64,000 nucleotides of DNA from Nemertoderma westbladi (Eukaryota > Animalia > Xenacoelomorpha). The first letter of the stretch is position 1. Each line of letters opens with the position of its first letter. Where the stretch lies: positions 62,001-126,000 of the forward strand of contig JAUCBJ010007822.1 of assembly GCA_032718475.1 (NCBI GenBank). Direction: 5' to 3'. This document shows positions 42,001 to 53,889 of this stretch, piece by piece. The translations under genes were made by a program, and so were the position numbers. The notes under the pieces are model-generated. The model was not told where the DNA came from. It worked only from the letters and a program-made list of their open reading frames with translations, and did no database searches.

Positions 42001-45000
42001 TAGGAACGGAACAGGTTGGGAGTGTCAGTTAGTTGTGAGTGAAGCCTCATAGATTGCGGTAGGAACGGAACAGGTTGGGAGTGTCAGTTAGTTGTGAGTG
42101 AAGCCTCATAGATTGCGGTAGGAACAGGTTGGGAGTGTCAGTTAGTTGTGAGTGAAGCCTCATAGATTGGGGTAGGAACGGAACAGGTTGGGAGTGTCAG
42201 TTAGTTGTGAGTGAAGCCTCATAGATTGCGGTAGGAACAGGTTGGGAGTGTCAGTTAGTTGTGAGTGAAGCCTCATAGATTGCGGTAGGAACGGAACAGG
42301 TTGGGAGTGTCAGTTAGTTGTGAGTGAAGCCTCATAGATTGCGGTAGGAACGGAACAGGTTGGGAGTGTCAGTTAGTTGTGAGTGAAGCCTCATAGATTG
42401 GGGTAGGAACGGAACAGGTTGGGAGTGTCAGTTAGTTGTGAGTGAAGCCTCATAGATTGCGGTAGGAACGGAACAGGTTGGGAGTGTCAGTTAGTTGTGA
42501 GTGAAGCCTCATAGATTGGGGTAGGAACGGAACAGGTTGGGAGTGTCAGTTAGTTGTGAGTGAAGCCTCATAGATTGCGGTAGGAACAGGTTGGGAGTGT
42601 CAGTTAGTTGTGAGTGAAGCCTCATAGATTGGGGTAGGAACGGAACAGGTTGGGAGTGTCAGTTAGTTGTGAGTGAAGCCTCATAGATTGCGGTAGGAAC
42701 AGGTTGGGAGTGTCAGTTAGTTGTGAGTGAAGCCTCATAGATTGGGGTAGGAACAGGTTGGGAGTGTCAGTTAGTTGTGAGTGAAGCCTCATAGATTGCG
42801 GTAGGAACGGAACAGGTTGGGAGTGTCAGTTAGTTGTGAGTGAAGCCTCATAGATTGGGGTAGGAACAGGTTGGGAGTGTCAGTTAGTTGTGAGTGAAGC
42901 CTCATAGATTGCGGTAGGAACGGAACAGGTTGGGAGTGTCAGTTAGTTGTGAGTGAAGCCTCATAGATTGGGGTAGGAACGGAACAGGTTGGGAGTGTCA
43001 GTTAGTTGTGAGTGAAGCCTCATAGATTGCGGTAGGAACGGAACAGGTTGGGAGTGTCAGTTAGTTGTGAGTGAAGCCTCATAGATTGGGGTAGGAACGG
43101 AACAGGTTGGGAGTGTCAGTTAGTTGTGAGTGAAGCCTCATAGATTGCGGTAGGAACAGGTTGGGAGTGTCAGTTAGTTGTGAGTGAAGCCTCATAGATT
43201 GGGGTAGGAACGGAACAGGTTGGGAGTGTCAGTTAGTTGTGAGTGAAGCCTCATAGATTGGGGTAGGAACAGGTTGGGAGTGTCAGTTAGTTGTGAGTGA
43301 AGCCTCATAGATTGGGGTAGGAACAGGTTGGGAGTGTCAGTTAGTTGTGAGTGAAGCCTCATAGATTGCGGTAGGAACGGAACAGGTTGGGAGTGTCAGT
43401 TAGTTGTGAGTGAAGCCTCATAGATTGGGGTAGGAACAGGTTGGGAGTGTCAGTTAGTTGTGAGTGAAGCCTCATAGATTGGGGTAGGAACGGAACAGGT
43501 TGGGAGTGTCAGTTAGTTGTGAGTGAAGCCTCATAGATTGCGGTAGGAACGGAACAGGTTGGGAGTGTCAGTTAGTTGTGAGTGAAGCCTCATAGATTGC
43601 GGTAGGAACGGAACAGGTTGGGAGTGTCAGTTAGTTGTGAGTGAAGCCTCATAGATTGCGGTAGGAACGGAACAGGTTGGGAGTGTCAGTTAGTTGTGAG
43701 TGAAGCCTCATAGATTGCGGTAGGAACGGAACAGGTTGGGAGTGTCAGTTAGTTGTGAGTGAAGCCTCATAGATTGCGGTAGGAACGGAACAGGTTGGGA
43801 GTGTCAGTTAGTTGTGAGTGAAGCCTCATAGATTGGGGTAGGAACGGAACAGGTTGGGAGTGTCAGTTAGTTGTGAGTGAAGCCTCATAGATTGCGGTAG
43901 GAACAGGTTGGGAGTGTCAGTTAGTTGTGAGTGAAGCCTCATAGATTGCGGTAGGAACGGAACAGGTTGGGAGTGTCAGTTAGTTGTGAGTGAAGCCTCA
44001 TAGATTGCGGTAGGAACAGGTTGGGAGTGTCAGTTAGTTGTGAGTGAAGCCTCATAGATTGGGGTAGGAACGGAACAGGTTGGGAGTGTCAGTTAGTTGT
44101 GAGTGAAGCCTCATAGATTGCGGTAGGAACGGAACAGGTTGGGAGTGTCAGTTAGTTGTGAGTGAAGCCTCATAGATTGCGGTAGGAACAGGTTGGGAGT
44201 GTCAGTTAGTTGTGAGTGAAGCCTCATAGATTGCGGTAGGAACGGAACAGGTTGGGAGTGTCAGTTAGTTGTGAGTGAAGCCTCATAGATTGCGGTAGGA
44301 ACGGAACAGGTTGGGAGTGTCAGTTAGTTGTGAGTGAAGCCTCATAGATTGCGGTAGGAACAGGTTGGGAGTGTCAGTTAGTTGTGAGTGAAGCCTCATA
44401 GATTGGGGTAGGAACGGAACAGGTTGGGAGTGTCAGTTAGTTGTGAGTGAAGCCTCATAGATTGCGGTAGGAACAGGTTGGGAGTGTCAGTTAGTTGTGA
44501 GTGAAGCCTCATAGATTGCGGTAGGAACGGAACAGGTTGGGAGTGTCAGTTAGTTGTGAGTGAAGCCTCATAGATTGCGGTAGGAACGGAACAGGTTGGG
44601 AGTGTCAGTTAGTTGTGAGTGAAGCCTCATAGATTGGGGTAGGAACGGAACAGGTTGGGAGTGTCAGTTAGTTGTGAGTGAAGCCTCATAGATTGCGGTA
44701 GGAACGGAACAGGTTGGGAGTGTCAGTTAGTTGTGAGTGAAGCCTCATAGATTGGGGTAGGAACGGAACAGGTTGGGAGTGTCAGTTAGTTGTGAGTGAA
44801 GCCTCATAGATTGCGGTAGGAACAGGTTGGGAGTGTCAGTTAGTTGTGAGTGAAGCCTCATAGATTGGGGTAGGAACGGAACAGGTTGGGAGTGTCAGTT
44901 AGTTGTGAGTGAAGCCTCATAGATTGCGGTAGGAACAGGTTGGGAGTGTCAGTTAGTTGTGAGTGAAGCCTCATAGATTGGGGTGGACGGAACAGGTTGG

Positions 45001-48000
45001 GAGTGTCAGTTAGTTGTGAGTGAAGCCTCATAGATTGCGGTAGGAACGGAACAGGTTGGGAGTGTCAGTTAGTTGTGAGTGAAGCCTCATAGATTGGGGT
45101 AGGAACGGAACAGGTTGGGAGTGTCAGTTAGTTGTGAGTGAAGCCTCATAGATTGCGGTAGGAACGGAACAGGTTGGGAGTGTCAGTTAGTTGTGAGTGA
45201 AGCCTCATAGATTGGGGTAGGAACGGAACAGGTTGGGAGTGTCAGTTAGTTGTGAGTGAAGCCTCATAGATTGCGGTAGGAACGGAACAGGTTGGGAGTG
45301 TCAGTTAGTTGTGAGTGAAGCCTCATAGATTGGGGTAGGAACGGAACAGGTTGGGAGTGTCAGTTAGTTGTGAGTGAAGCCTCATAGATTGGGGTAGGAA
45401 CAGGTTGGGAGTGTCAGTTAGTTGTGAGTGAAGCCTCATAGATTGGGGTAGGAACGGAACAGGTTGGGAGTGTCAGTTAGTTGTGAGTGAAGCCTCATAG
45501 ATTGGGGTAGGAACAGGTTGGGAGTGTCAGTTAGTTGTGAGTGAAGCCTCATAGATTGGGGTAGGAACAGGTTGGGAGTGTCAGTTAGTTGTGAGTGAAG
45601 CCTCATAGATTGCGGTAGGAACGGAACAGGTTGGGAGTGTCAGTTAGTTGTGAGTGAAGCCTCATAGATTGGGGTAGGAACACGGTTGGGAGTGTCAGTT
45701 AGTTGTGAGTGAAGCCTCATAGATTGCGGTAGGAACGGAACAGGTTGGGAGTGTCAGTTAGTTGTGAGTGAAGCCTCATAGATTGGGGTAGGAACAGGTT
45801 GGGAGTGTCAGTTAGTTGTGAGTGAAGCCTCATAGATTGCGGTAGGAACTGGTTGGGAGTGTCAGTTAGTTGTGAGTGAAGCCTCATAGATTGCGGTAGG
45901 AACGGAACAGGTTGGGAGTGTCAGTTAGTTGTGAGTGAAGCCTCATAGATTGGGGTAGGAACGGAACAGGTTGGGAGTGTCAGTTAGTTGTGAGTGAAGC
46001 CTCATAGATTGGGGTAGGAACGGAACAGGTTGGGAGTGTCAGTTAGTTGTGAGTGAAGCCTCATAGATTGGGGTAGGAACGGAACAGGTTGGGAGTGTCA
46101 GTTAGTTGTGAGTGAAGCCTCATAGATTGCGGTAGGAACAGGTTGGGAGTGTCAGTTAGTTGTGAGTGAAGCCTCATAGATTGGGGTAGGAACGGAACAG
46201 GTTGGGAGTGTCAGTTAGTTGTGAGTGAAGCCTCATAGATTGGGGTAGGAACAGGTTGGGAGTGTCAGTTAGTTGTGAGTGAAGCCTTATAGATTGGGGT
46301 AGGAACAGGTTGGGAGTGTCAGTTAGTTGTGAGTGAAGCCTCATAGATTGCGGTAGGAACGGAACAGGTTGGGAGTGTCAGTTAGTTGTGAGTGAAGCCT
46401 CATAGATTGGGGTAGGAACTCGTTGGGAGTGTCAGTTAGTTGTGAGTGAAGCCTCATAGATTGCGGTAGGAACAGGTTGGGAGTGTCAGTTAGTTGTGAG
46501 TGAAGCCTCATAGATTGCGGTAGGAACGGAACAGGTTGGGAGTGTCAGTTAGTTGTGAGTGAAGCCTCATAGATTGGGGTAGGAACAGGTTGGGAGTGTC
46601 AGTTAGTTGTGAGTGAAGCCTTATAGATTGGGGTAGGAACAGGTTGGGAGTGTCAGTTAGTTGTGAGTGAAGCCTCATAGATTGCGGTAGGAACGGAACA
46701 GGTTGGGAGTGTCAGTTAGTTGTGAGTGAAGCCTCATAGATTGGGGTAGGAACAGGTTGGAGTGTCAGTTAGTTGTGAGTGAAGCCTCATAGATTGGGGT
46801 AGGAACAGGTTGGGAGTGTCAGTTAGTTGTGAGTGAAGCCTCATAGATTGGGGTAGGAACGGAACTGGTTGGGAGTGTCAGTTAGTTGTGAGTGAAGCCT
46901 CATAGATTGGGGTAGGAACGGAACTGGTTGGGAGTGTCAGTTAGTTGTGAGTGAAGCCTCATAGATTGGGATAGGAACAGGTTGGGAGTGTCAGTTAGTT
47001 GTGAGTGAAGCCTCATAGATTGCGGTAGGAACAGGTTGGGAGTGTCAGTTAGTTGTGAGTGAAGCCTCATAGATTGGGGTAGGAACAGGTTGGGAGTGTC
47101 AGTTAGTTGTGAGTGAAGTCTCATAGATTGGGGTAGGTACGGAACAGGTTGGGAGTGTCAGTTAGTTGTGAGTGAAGCCTCATAGATTGGGGTAGGAACA
47201 GGTTGGGAGTGTCAGTTAGTTGTGAGTGAAGCCTCATAGATTGGGGTAGGAACAGGTTGGGAGTGTCAGTTAGTTGTGAGTGAAGCCTCATAGATTGGGG
47301 TAGGAACGGAACTGGTTGGGAGTGTCAGTTAGTTGTGAGTGAAGCCTCATAGATTGGGATAGGAACAGGTTGGGAGTGTCAGTTAGTTGTGAGTGAAGCC
47401 TCATAGATTGCGGTAGGAACAGGTTGGGAGTGTCAGTTAGTTGTGAGTGAAGCCTCATAGATTGGGGTAGGAACAGGTTGGGAGTGTCAGTTAGTTGTGA
47501 GTGAAGTCTCATAGATTGGGGTAGGTACGGAACAGGTTGGGAGTGTCAGTTAGTTGTGAGTGAAGCCTCATAGATTGGGGTAGGAACAGGTTGGGAGTGT
47601 CAGTTAGTTGTGAGTGAAGCCTCATAGATTGGGGTAGGAACAGGTTGGGAGTGTCAGTTAGTTGTGAGTGAAGCCTCATAGATTGGGGTAGGAACGGAAC
47701 AGGTTGGAGTGTCAGTTAGTTGTGAGTGAAGCCTTATAGATTGGGGTAGGAACAGGTTGGGAGTGTCAGTTAGTTGTGAGTGAAGCCTCATAGATTGCGG
47801 TAGGAACGGAACAGGTTGGGAGTGTCAGTTAGTTGTGAGTGAAGCCTCATAGATTGGGGTAGGAACAGGTTGGGAGTGTCAGTTAGTTGTGAGTGAAGCC
47901 TCATAGATTGGGGTAGGAACAGGTTGGGAGTGTCAGTTAGTTGTGAGTGAAGTCTCATAGATTGGGGTAGGAACAGGTTGGGAGTGTCAGTTAGTTGTGA

Positions 48001-51000
48001 GTGAAGCCTTATAGATTGGGGTAGGAACAGGTTGGGAGTGTCAGTTAGTTGTGAGTGAAGCCTCATAGATTGCGGTAGGAACGGAACAGGTTGGGAGTGT
48101 CAGTTAGTTGTGAGTGAAGTCTCATAGATTGGGGTAGGAACAGGTTGGGAGTGTCAGTTAGTTGTGAGTGAAGCCTCATAGATTGCGGTAGGAACAGGTT
48201 GGGAGTGTCAGTTAGTTGTGAGTGAAGCCTCATAGATTGCGGTAGGAACAGGTTGGGAGTGTCAGTTAGTTGTGAGTGAAGCCTCATAGATTGCGGTAGG
48301 AACGGAACAGGTTGGGAGTGTCAGTTAGTTGTGAGTGAAGCCTCATAGATTGCGGTAGGAACAGGTTGGGAGTGTCAGTTAGTTGTGAGTGAAGCCTCAT
48401 AGATTGGGGTAGGAACAGGTTGGGAGTGTCAGTTAGTTGTGAGTGAAGCCTCATAGATTGGGGTAGGAACGGAACAGGTTGGGAGTGTCAGTTAGTTGTG
48501 AGTGAAGCCTCATAGATTGGGGTAGGAACGGAACAGGTTGGGAGTGTCAGTTAGTTGTGAGTGAAGCCTCATAGATTGGGGTAGGAACGGAACAGGTTGG
48601 GAGTGTCAGTTAGTTGTGAGTGAAGCCTCATAGATTGCGGTAGGAACGGAACAGGTTGGGAGTGTCAGTTAGTTGTGAGTGAAGCCTCATAGATTGCGGT
48701 AGGAACAGGTTGGGAGTGTCAGTTAGTTGTGAGTGAAGCCTCATAGATTGGGGTAGGAACGGAACAGGTTGGGAGTGTCAGTTAGTTGTGAGTGAAGCCT
48801 CATAGATTGGGGTAGGAACAGGTTGGGAGTGTCAGTTAGTTGTGAGTGAAGCCTCATAGATTGGGGTAGGAACAGGTTGGGAGTGTCAGTTAGTTGTGAG
48901 TGAAGCCTCATAGATTGGGGTAGGAACGGAACAGGTTGGGAGTGTCAGTTAGTTGTGAGTGAAGCCTCATAGATTGGGGTAGGAACGGAACAGGTTGGGA
49001 GTGTCAGTTAGTTGTGAGTGAAGCCTCATAGATTGGGGTAGGAACGGAACAGGTTGGGAGTGTCAGTTAGTTGTGAGTGAAGCCTCATAGATTGCGGTAG
49101 GAACGGAACAGGTTGGGAGTGTCAGTTAGTTGTGAGTGAAGCCTCATAGATTGCGGTAGGAACGGAACAGGTTGGGAGTGTCAGTTAGTTGTGAGTGAAG
49201 TCTCATAGATTGGGGTAGGAACGGAACAGGTTGGGAGTGTCAGTTAGTTGTGAGTGAAGCCTCATAGATTGCGGTAGGAACAGGTTGGGAGTGTCAGTTA
49301 GTTGTGAGTGAAGCCTCATAGATTGCGGTAGGAACGGAACAGGTTGGGAGTGTCAGTTAGTTGTGAGTGAAGCCTCATAGATTGGGGTAGGAACAGGTTG
49401 GGAGTGTCAGTTAGTTGTGAGTGAAGCCTCATAGATTGGGGTAGGAACAGGTTGGGAGTGTCAGTTAGTTGTGAGTGAAGCCTCATAGATTGGGGTAGGA
49501 ACGGAACAGGTTGGGAGTGTCAGTTAGTTGTGAGTGAAGCCTCATAGATTGGGGTAGGAACGGAACAGGTTGGGAGTGTCAGTTAGTTGTGAGTGAAGCC
49601 TCATAGATTGGGGTAGGAACAGGTTGGGAGTGTCAGTTAGTTGTGAGTGAAGCCTCATAGATTGCGGTAGGAACGGAACAGGTTGGGAGTGTCAGTTAGT
49701 TGTGAGTGAAGCCTCATAGATTGCGGTAGGAACAGGTTGGGAGTGTCAGTTAGTTGTGAGTGAAGCCTCATAGATTGCGGTAGGAACGGAACAGGTTGGG
49801 AGTGTCAGTTAGTTGTGAGTGAAGCCTCATAGATTGCGGTAGGAACGGAACAGGTTGGGAGTATCAGTTAGTTGTGAGTGAAGCCTCATAGATTGCGGTA
49901 GGAACGGAACAGGTTGGGAGTGTCAGTTAGTTGTGAGTGAAGCCTCATAGATTGTGGTAGGAACGGAACAGGTTGGGAGTGTCAGTTAGTTGTGAGTGAA
50001 GCCTCATAGATTGGGGTAGGAACAGGTTGGAGTGTCAGTTAGTTGTGAGTGAAGCCTCATAGATTGCGGTAGGAACGGAACAGGTTGGGAGTGTCAGTTA
50101 GTTGTGAGTGAAGCCTCATAGATTGGGGTAGGAACAGGTTGGAGTGTCAGTTAGTTGTGAGTGAAGCCTCATAGATTGGGGTAGGAACAGGTTGGGAGTG
50201 TCAGTTAGTTGTGAGTGAAGCCTCATAGATTGGGGTAGGAACGGAACTGGTTGGGAGTGTCAGTTAGTTGTGAGTGAAGCCTCATAGATTGGGGTAGGAA
50301 CGGAACAGGTTGGGAGTGTCAGTTAGTTGTGAGTGAAGCCTCATAGATTGGGGTAGGAACGGAACAGGTTGGGAGTGTCAGTTAGTTGTGAGTGAAGCCT
50401 CATAGATTGGGATAGGAACAGGTTGGGAGTGTCAGTTAGTTGTGAGTGAAGCCTCATAGATTGCGGTAGGAACGGAACAGGTTGGGAGTGTCAGTTAGTT
50501 GTGAGTGAAGCCTCATAGATTGGGGTAGGAACAGGTTGGGAGTGTCAGTTAGTTGTGAGTGAAGCCTCATAGATTGCGGTAGGAACGGAACAGGTTGGGA
50601 GTGTCAGTTAGTTGTGAGTGAAGCCTCATAGATTGCGGTAGGAACGGAACAGGTTGGGAGTGTCAGTTAGTTGTGAGTGAAGCCTCATAGATTGGGGTAG
50701 GAACAGGTTGGGAGTGTCAGTTAGTTGTGAGTGAAGCCTCATAGATTGCGGTAGGAACGGAACAGGTTGGGAGTGTCAGTTAGTTGTGAGTGAAGCCTCA
50801 TAGATTGGGGTAGGAACAGGTTGGGAGTGTCAGTTAGTTGTGAGTGAAGCCTCATAGATTGCGGTAGGAACGGAACAGGTTGGGAGTGTCAGTTAGTTGT
50901 GAGTGAAGCCTCATAGATTGGGGTAGGAACAGGTTGGGAGTGTCAGTTAGTTGTGAGTGAAGCCTCATAGATTGCGGTAGGAACGGAACAGGTTGGGAGT

Positions 51001-52486
51001 GTCAGTTAGTTGTGAGTGAAGCCTCATAGATTGGGGTAGGAACGGAACAGGTTGGGAGTGTCAGTTAGTTGTGAGTGAAGCCTCATAGATTGCGGTAGGA
51101 ACGGAACAGGTTGGGAGTGTCAGTTAGTTGTGAGTGAAGCCTCATAGATTGGGGTAGGAACAGGTTGGGAGTGTCAGTTAGTTGTGAGTGAAGCCTCATA
51201 GATTGCGGTAGGAACGGAACAGGTTGGGAGTGTCAGTTAGTTGTGAGTGAAGCCTCATAGATTGGGGTAGGAACGGAACAGGTTGGGAGTGTCAGTTAGT
51301 TGTGAGTGAAGCCTCATAGATTGGGATAGGAACAGGTTGGGAGTGTCAGTTAGTTGTGAGTGAAGCCTCATAGATTGCGGTAAGAACAGGTTGGGAGTGT
51401 CAGTTAGTTGTGAGTGAAGCCTCATAGATTGGGGTAGGAACGGAACAGGTTGGGAGTGTCAGTTAGTTGTGAGTGAAGCCTCATAGATTGGGGTAGGAAC
51501 AGGTTGGGAGTGTCAGTTAGTTGTGAGTGAAGCCTCATAGATTGGGGTAGGAACGGAACAGGTTGGGAGTGTCAGTTAGTTGTGAGTGAAGCCTCATAGA
51601 TTGCGGTAGGAACGGAACAGGTTGGGAGTGTCAGTTAGTTGTGAGTGAAGCCTCATAGATTGGGGTAGGAACGGAACAGGTTGGGAGTGTCAGTTAGTTG
51701 TGAGTGAAGCCTCATAGATTGCGGTAGGAACGGAACAGGTTGGGAGTGTCAGTTAGTTGTGAGTGAAGCCTCATAGATTGCGGTAGGAACGGAACAGGTT
51801 GGGAGTGTCAGTTAGTTGTGAGTGAAGCCTCATAGATTGGGGTAGGAACGGAACAGGTTGGGAGTGTCAGTTAGTTGTGAGTGAAGCCTCATAGATTGGG
51901 GTAGGAACAGGTTGGGAGTGTCAGTTAGTTGTGAGTGAAGCCTCATAGATTGGGGTAGGAACAGGTTGGGAGTGTCAGTTAGTTGTGAGTGAAGCCTCAT
52001 AGATTGGGGTAGGAACAGGTTGGGAGTGTCAGTTAGTTGTGAGTGAAGCCTCATAGATTGGGGTAGGAACGGAACAGGTTGGGAGTGTCAGTTAGTTGTG
52101 AGTGAAGCCTCATAGATTGCGGTAGGAACGGAGCAGGTTGGGAGTGTCAGTTAGTTGTGAGTGAAGCCTCATAGATTGGGGTAGGAACGGAACAGGTTGG
52201 GAGTGTCAGTTAGTTGTGAGTGAAGCCTCATAGATTGGGGTAGGAACGGAACAGGTTGGGAGTGTCAGTTAGTTGTGAGTGAAGCCTCATAGATTGGGGT
52301 AGGAACAGGTTGGGAGTGTCAGTTAGTTGTGAGTGAAGCCTCATAGATTGGGATAGGAACAGGTTGGGAGTGTCAGTTAGTTGTGAGTGAAGCCTCATAG
52401 ATTGCGGTAGGAACGGAACAGGTTGGGAGTGTCAGTTAGTTGTGAGTGAAGCCTCATAGATTGGGGTAGGAACTGGTTGGGAGTGT
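1..52486. repeat. Large tandem satellite array, 54-bp monomer with 59-bp and 60-bp variants
   Basis: Head-to-tail copies of GGAACAGGTTGGGAGTGTCAGTTAGTTGTGAGTGAAGCCTCATAGATTGGGGTA. The 59-mer has GGAAC duplicated and the 60-mer has TTGGGG duplicated. A frequent TTGGGG/TTGCGG variant occurs. I saw a single orientation and no insertions; roughly 900-950 copies by length. Confidence 0.99.
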
Positions 52487-52489
52487 AAG

Positions 52490-53401
52490 CTATTTATGGC
52501 ACTATTTTCATAATATTTCCTTAGAAACTTCTTATGTGCTACTTTGGTTAGATGGATATGATGACTAGGATTCATAGCAATGTAATAAAATGTGTTTCTG
52601 GAATTTTTATCTTGTAGTTGCCAAGGTAACCAGGTGCAAAGTTCAAACTTTGCGCGCCTGTATTTCAAGGCGACAATGGATTCTTCCCTTGAGATTTGGT
52701 AGGTGATTAAAGGAAATAAAAGTCTATCAAAATATTTTACATTTGAATTTGTTTACATTCCCGTTGCCATGGAAATAAGTAGAATGAAAATTTTAAAAAT
52801 TCTCTACCAATTCTATAAAACACCATTTTTATTCAGTTTGTCAGTCTAAATAATAAGTTAAAATTGCCAACATTTTATTTTATAATTCGTCAATTGTGAA
52901 TCATATTTTTAAAAGTCAATATTTGCAAATAAACTAAACTGTCCAATCAGAGAGCAAGACCTGTGATAGCATGATTTTGACATTCCAGAATATTAAATTT
53001 CGGTTAGCAATTATTAGAAATAAAGGACAGCCACCAGGCATGTTTGTTGAAAATTATATAAGTAGTAAATAGTAGCCCAATTTCTATCTGGCAGTCATAA
53101 TGGGAAATTATCGTAATTCCCGTCACCATGGAAACGGGATTGAAAAAAAAATAAAATAATTTGATAGACTTTTATTCCCTTTACTCACATACCAAATCTC
53201 AAGAACAGAATCCCTTGTCGTCTTGAATTACAGGCGCTCGAAATTTGAACTGTGCACCCGGTTACCTTGGCAACTACAAGATAAAAATTCCAGAAAGAAA
53301 TGTTATTACATTTCTATGAACCCTAGTCAACATATCCACCTAACCAAAGTTGCATAAGAGAGGTTTCTAAGAAAATATTATGAAAATAGAGTCATAAATA
53401 G
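52490..53401. mobile_element. Non-autonomous element with ~285-bp imperfect inverted arms (MITE/foldback-like; possibly part of a Helentron-type element extending to ~53461)
   Basis: 52490-52776 (ctatttatggcactattttcataatatt...gaatttttatcttgtagttgccaaggtaac...agtctatcaaa) is the imperfect reverse complement of 53122-53401 (tttgatagact...gttaccttggcaactacaagataaaaattc...aatattatgaaaatagagtcataaatag). The spacer is AT-rich and no TSD is visible. Confidence 0.8.
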
Positions 53402-53540
53402 GGAAACGATCGGCCCACGCTAATTTCAGCAATCAGCTCGCTGCATGACCTGTTATTTAGTACTCCTTCACTACAATATATATTGAACTATAGCATTTTA
53501 CTACAGCACTTACTATAGCATTTTGGGCCTTTTCAGGCAA

Positions 53541-53778
53541 GGCGGGGTAGCTCAGTTGGTTGAGCGCCGGGCCTGCAATCTATGGTTGTAGGTTCAGCCC
53601 CGCCAGGGTCCACTCAGCCTTTCATCCACTGGGGTCGATAAAATGAGTACCAGTTAAATAACTGGGAGCAAATCTTGGGATAGGAGTAGCGCCCACCCTT
53701 ACCCTCGGGTAGAAGCTATCGAAAGAGGAGCCTTCGGGTCGCCTCCGGCTTTGGCCGACTGTTTGCTTGATTGCTTTT
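53541..53778 (+). mobile_element. tRNA-derived SINE
   Basis: tRNA-like head GGCGGGGTAGCTCAGTTGGTTGAGCG with an A box and a degenerate B box (GGTTCAGCCC). The central segment GTCCACTCAGCCTTTCATCC...GGGGTCGATAAAATGAGTACCAG resembles conserved SINE core domains (Meta/MESC-like, from recall). A short TTGC-type repeat tail follows. Confidence 0.75.
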
Positions 53779-53889
53779 GGGCAGTTGCCCAGGACCCCGA
53801 CTTAACAAGGGGCCCCGAAGAGGCCCCCTTGTCATCTTGTTATAGATATTGTTGTAGATCTTCTCCTATCATGGGTAGGTGCTAAAATA

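Noticed and set aside
1214-52054. Many minus-strand ORFs repeating MRLHSQLTDTPNLFLPQS (up to 380 aa)
   Set aside because: The 54-bp unit is divisible by 3 and has no stop in one frame, and 59-mers break the frame at random. There is no evidence of coding constraint.
1-52486. CRISPR-like array
   Set aside because: There are no unique spacers and no cas genes, and the context is eukaryotic.
1-52486. Telomere-type array (TTGGGG, GTTAG and GGTTGGG sub-motifs, G-rich strand)
   Set aside because: There are no tandem canonical telomere repeats, and the G-rich strand runs 5'->3' toward the genes, opposite to terminal polarity if the chromosome end were to the left.
1-52486. CENP-B box in the monomer
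   Set aside because: I saw no match to TTCGNNNNANNCGGG on either strand.
53541-53610. Functional tRNA gene
   Set aside because: The B box and T arm are degenerate, the anticodon stem is poor, and the sequence continues directly into a SINE body.
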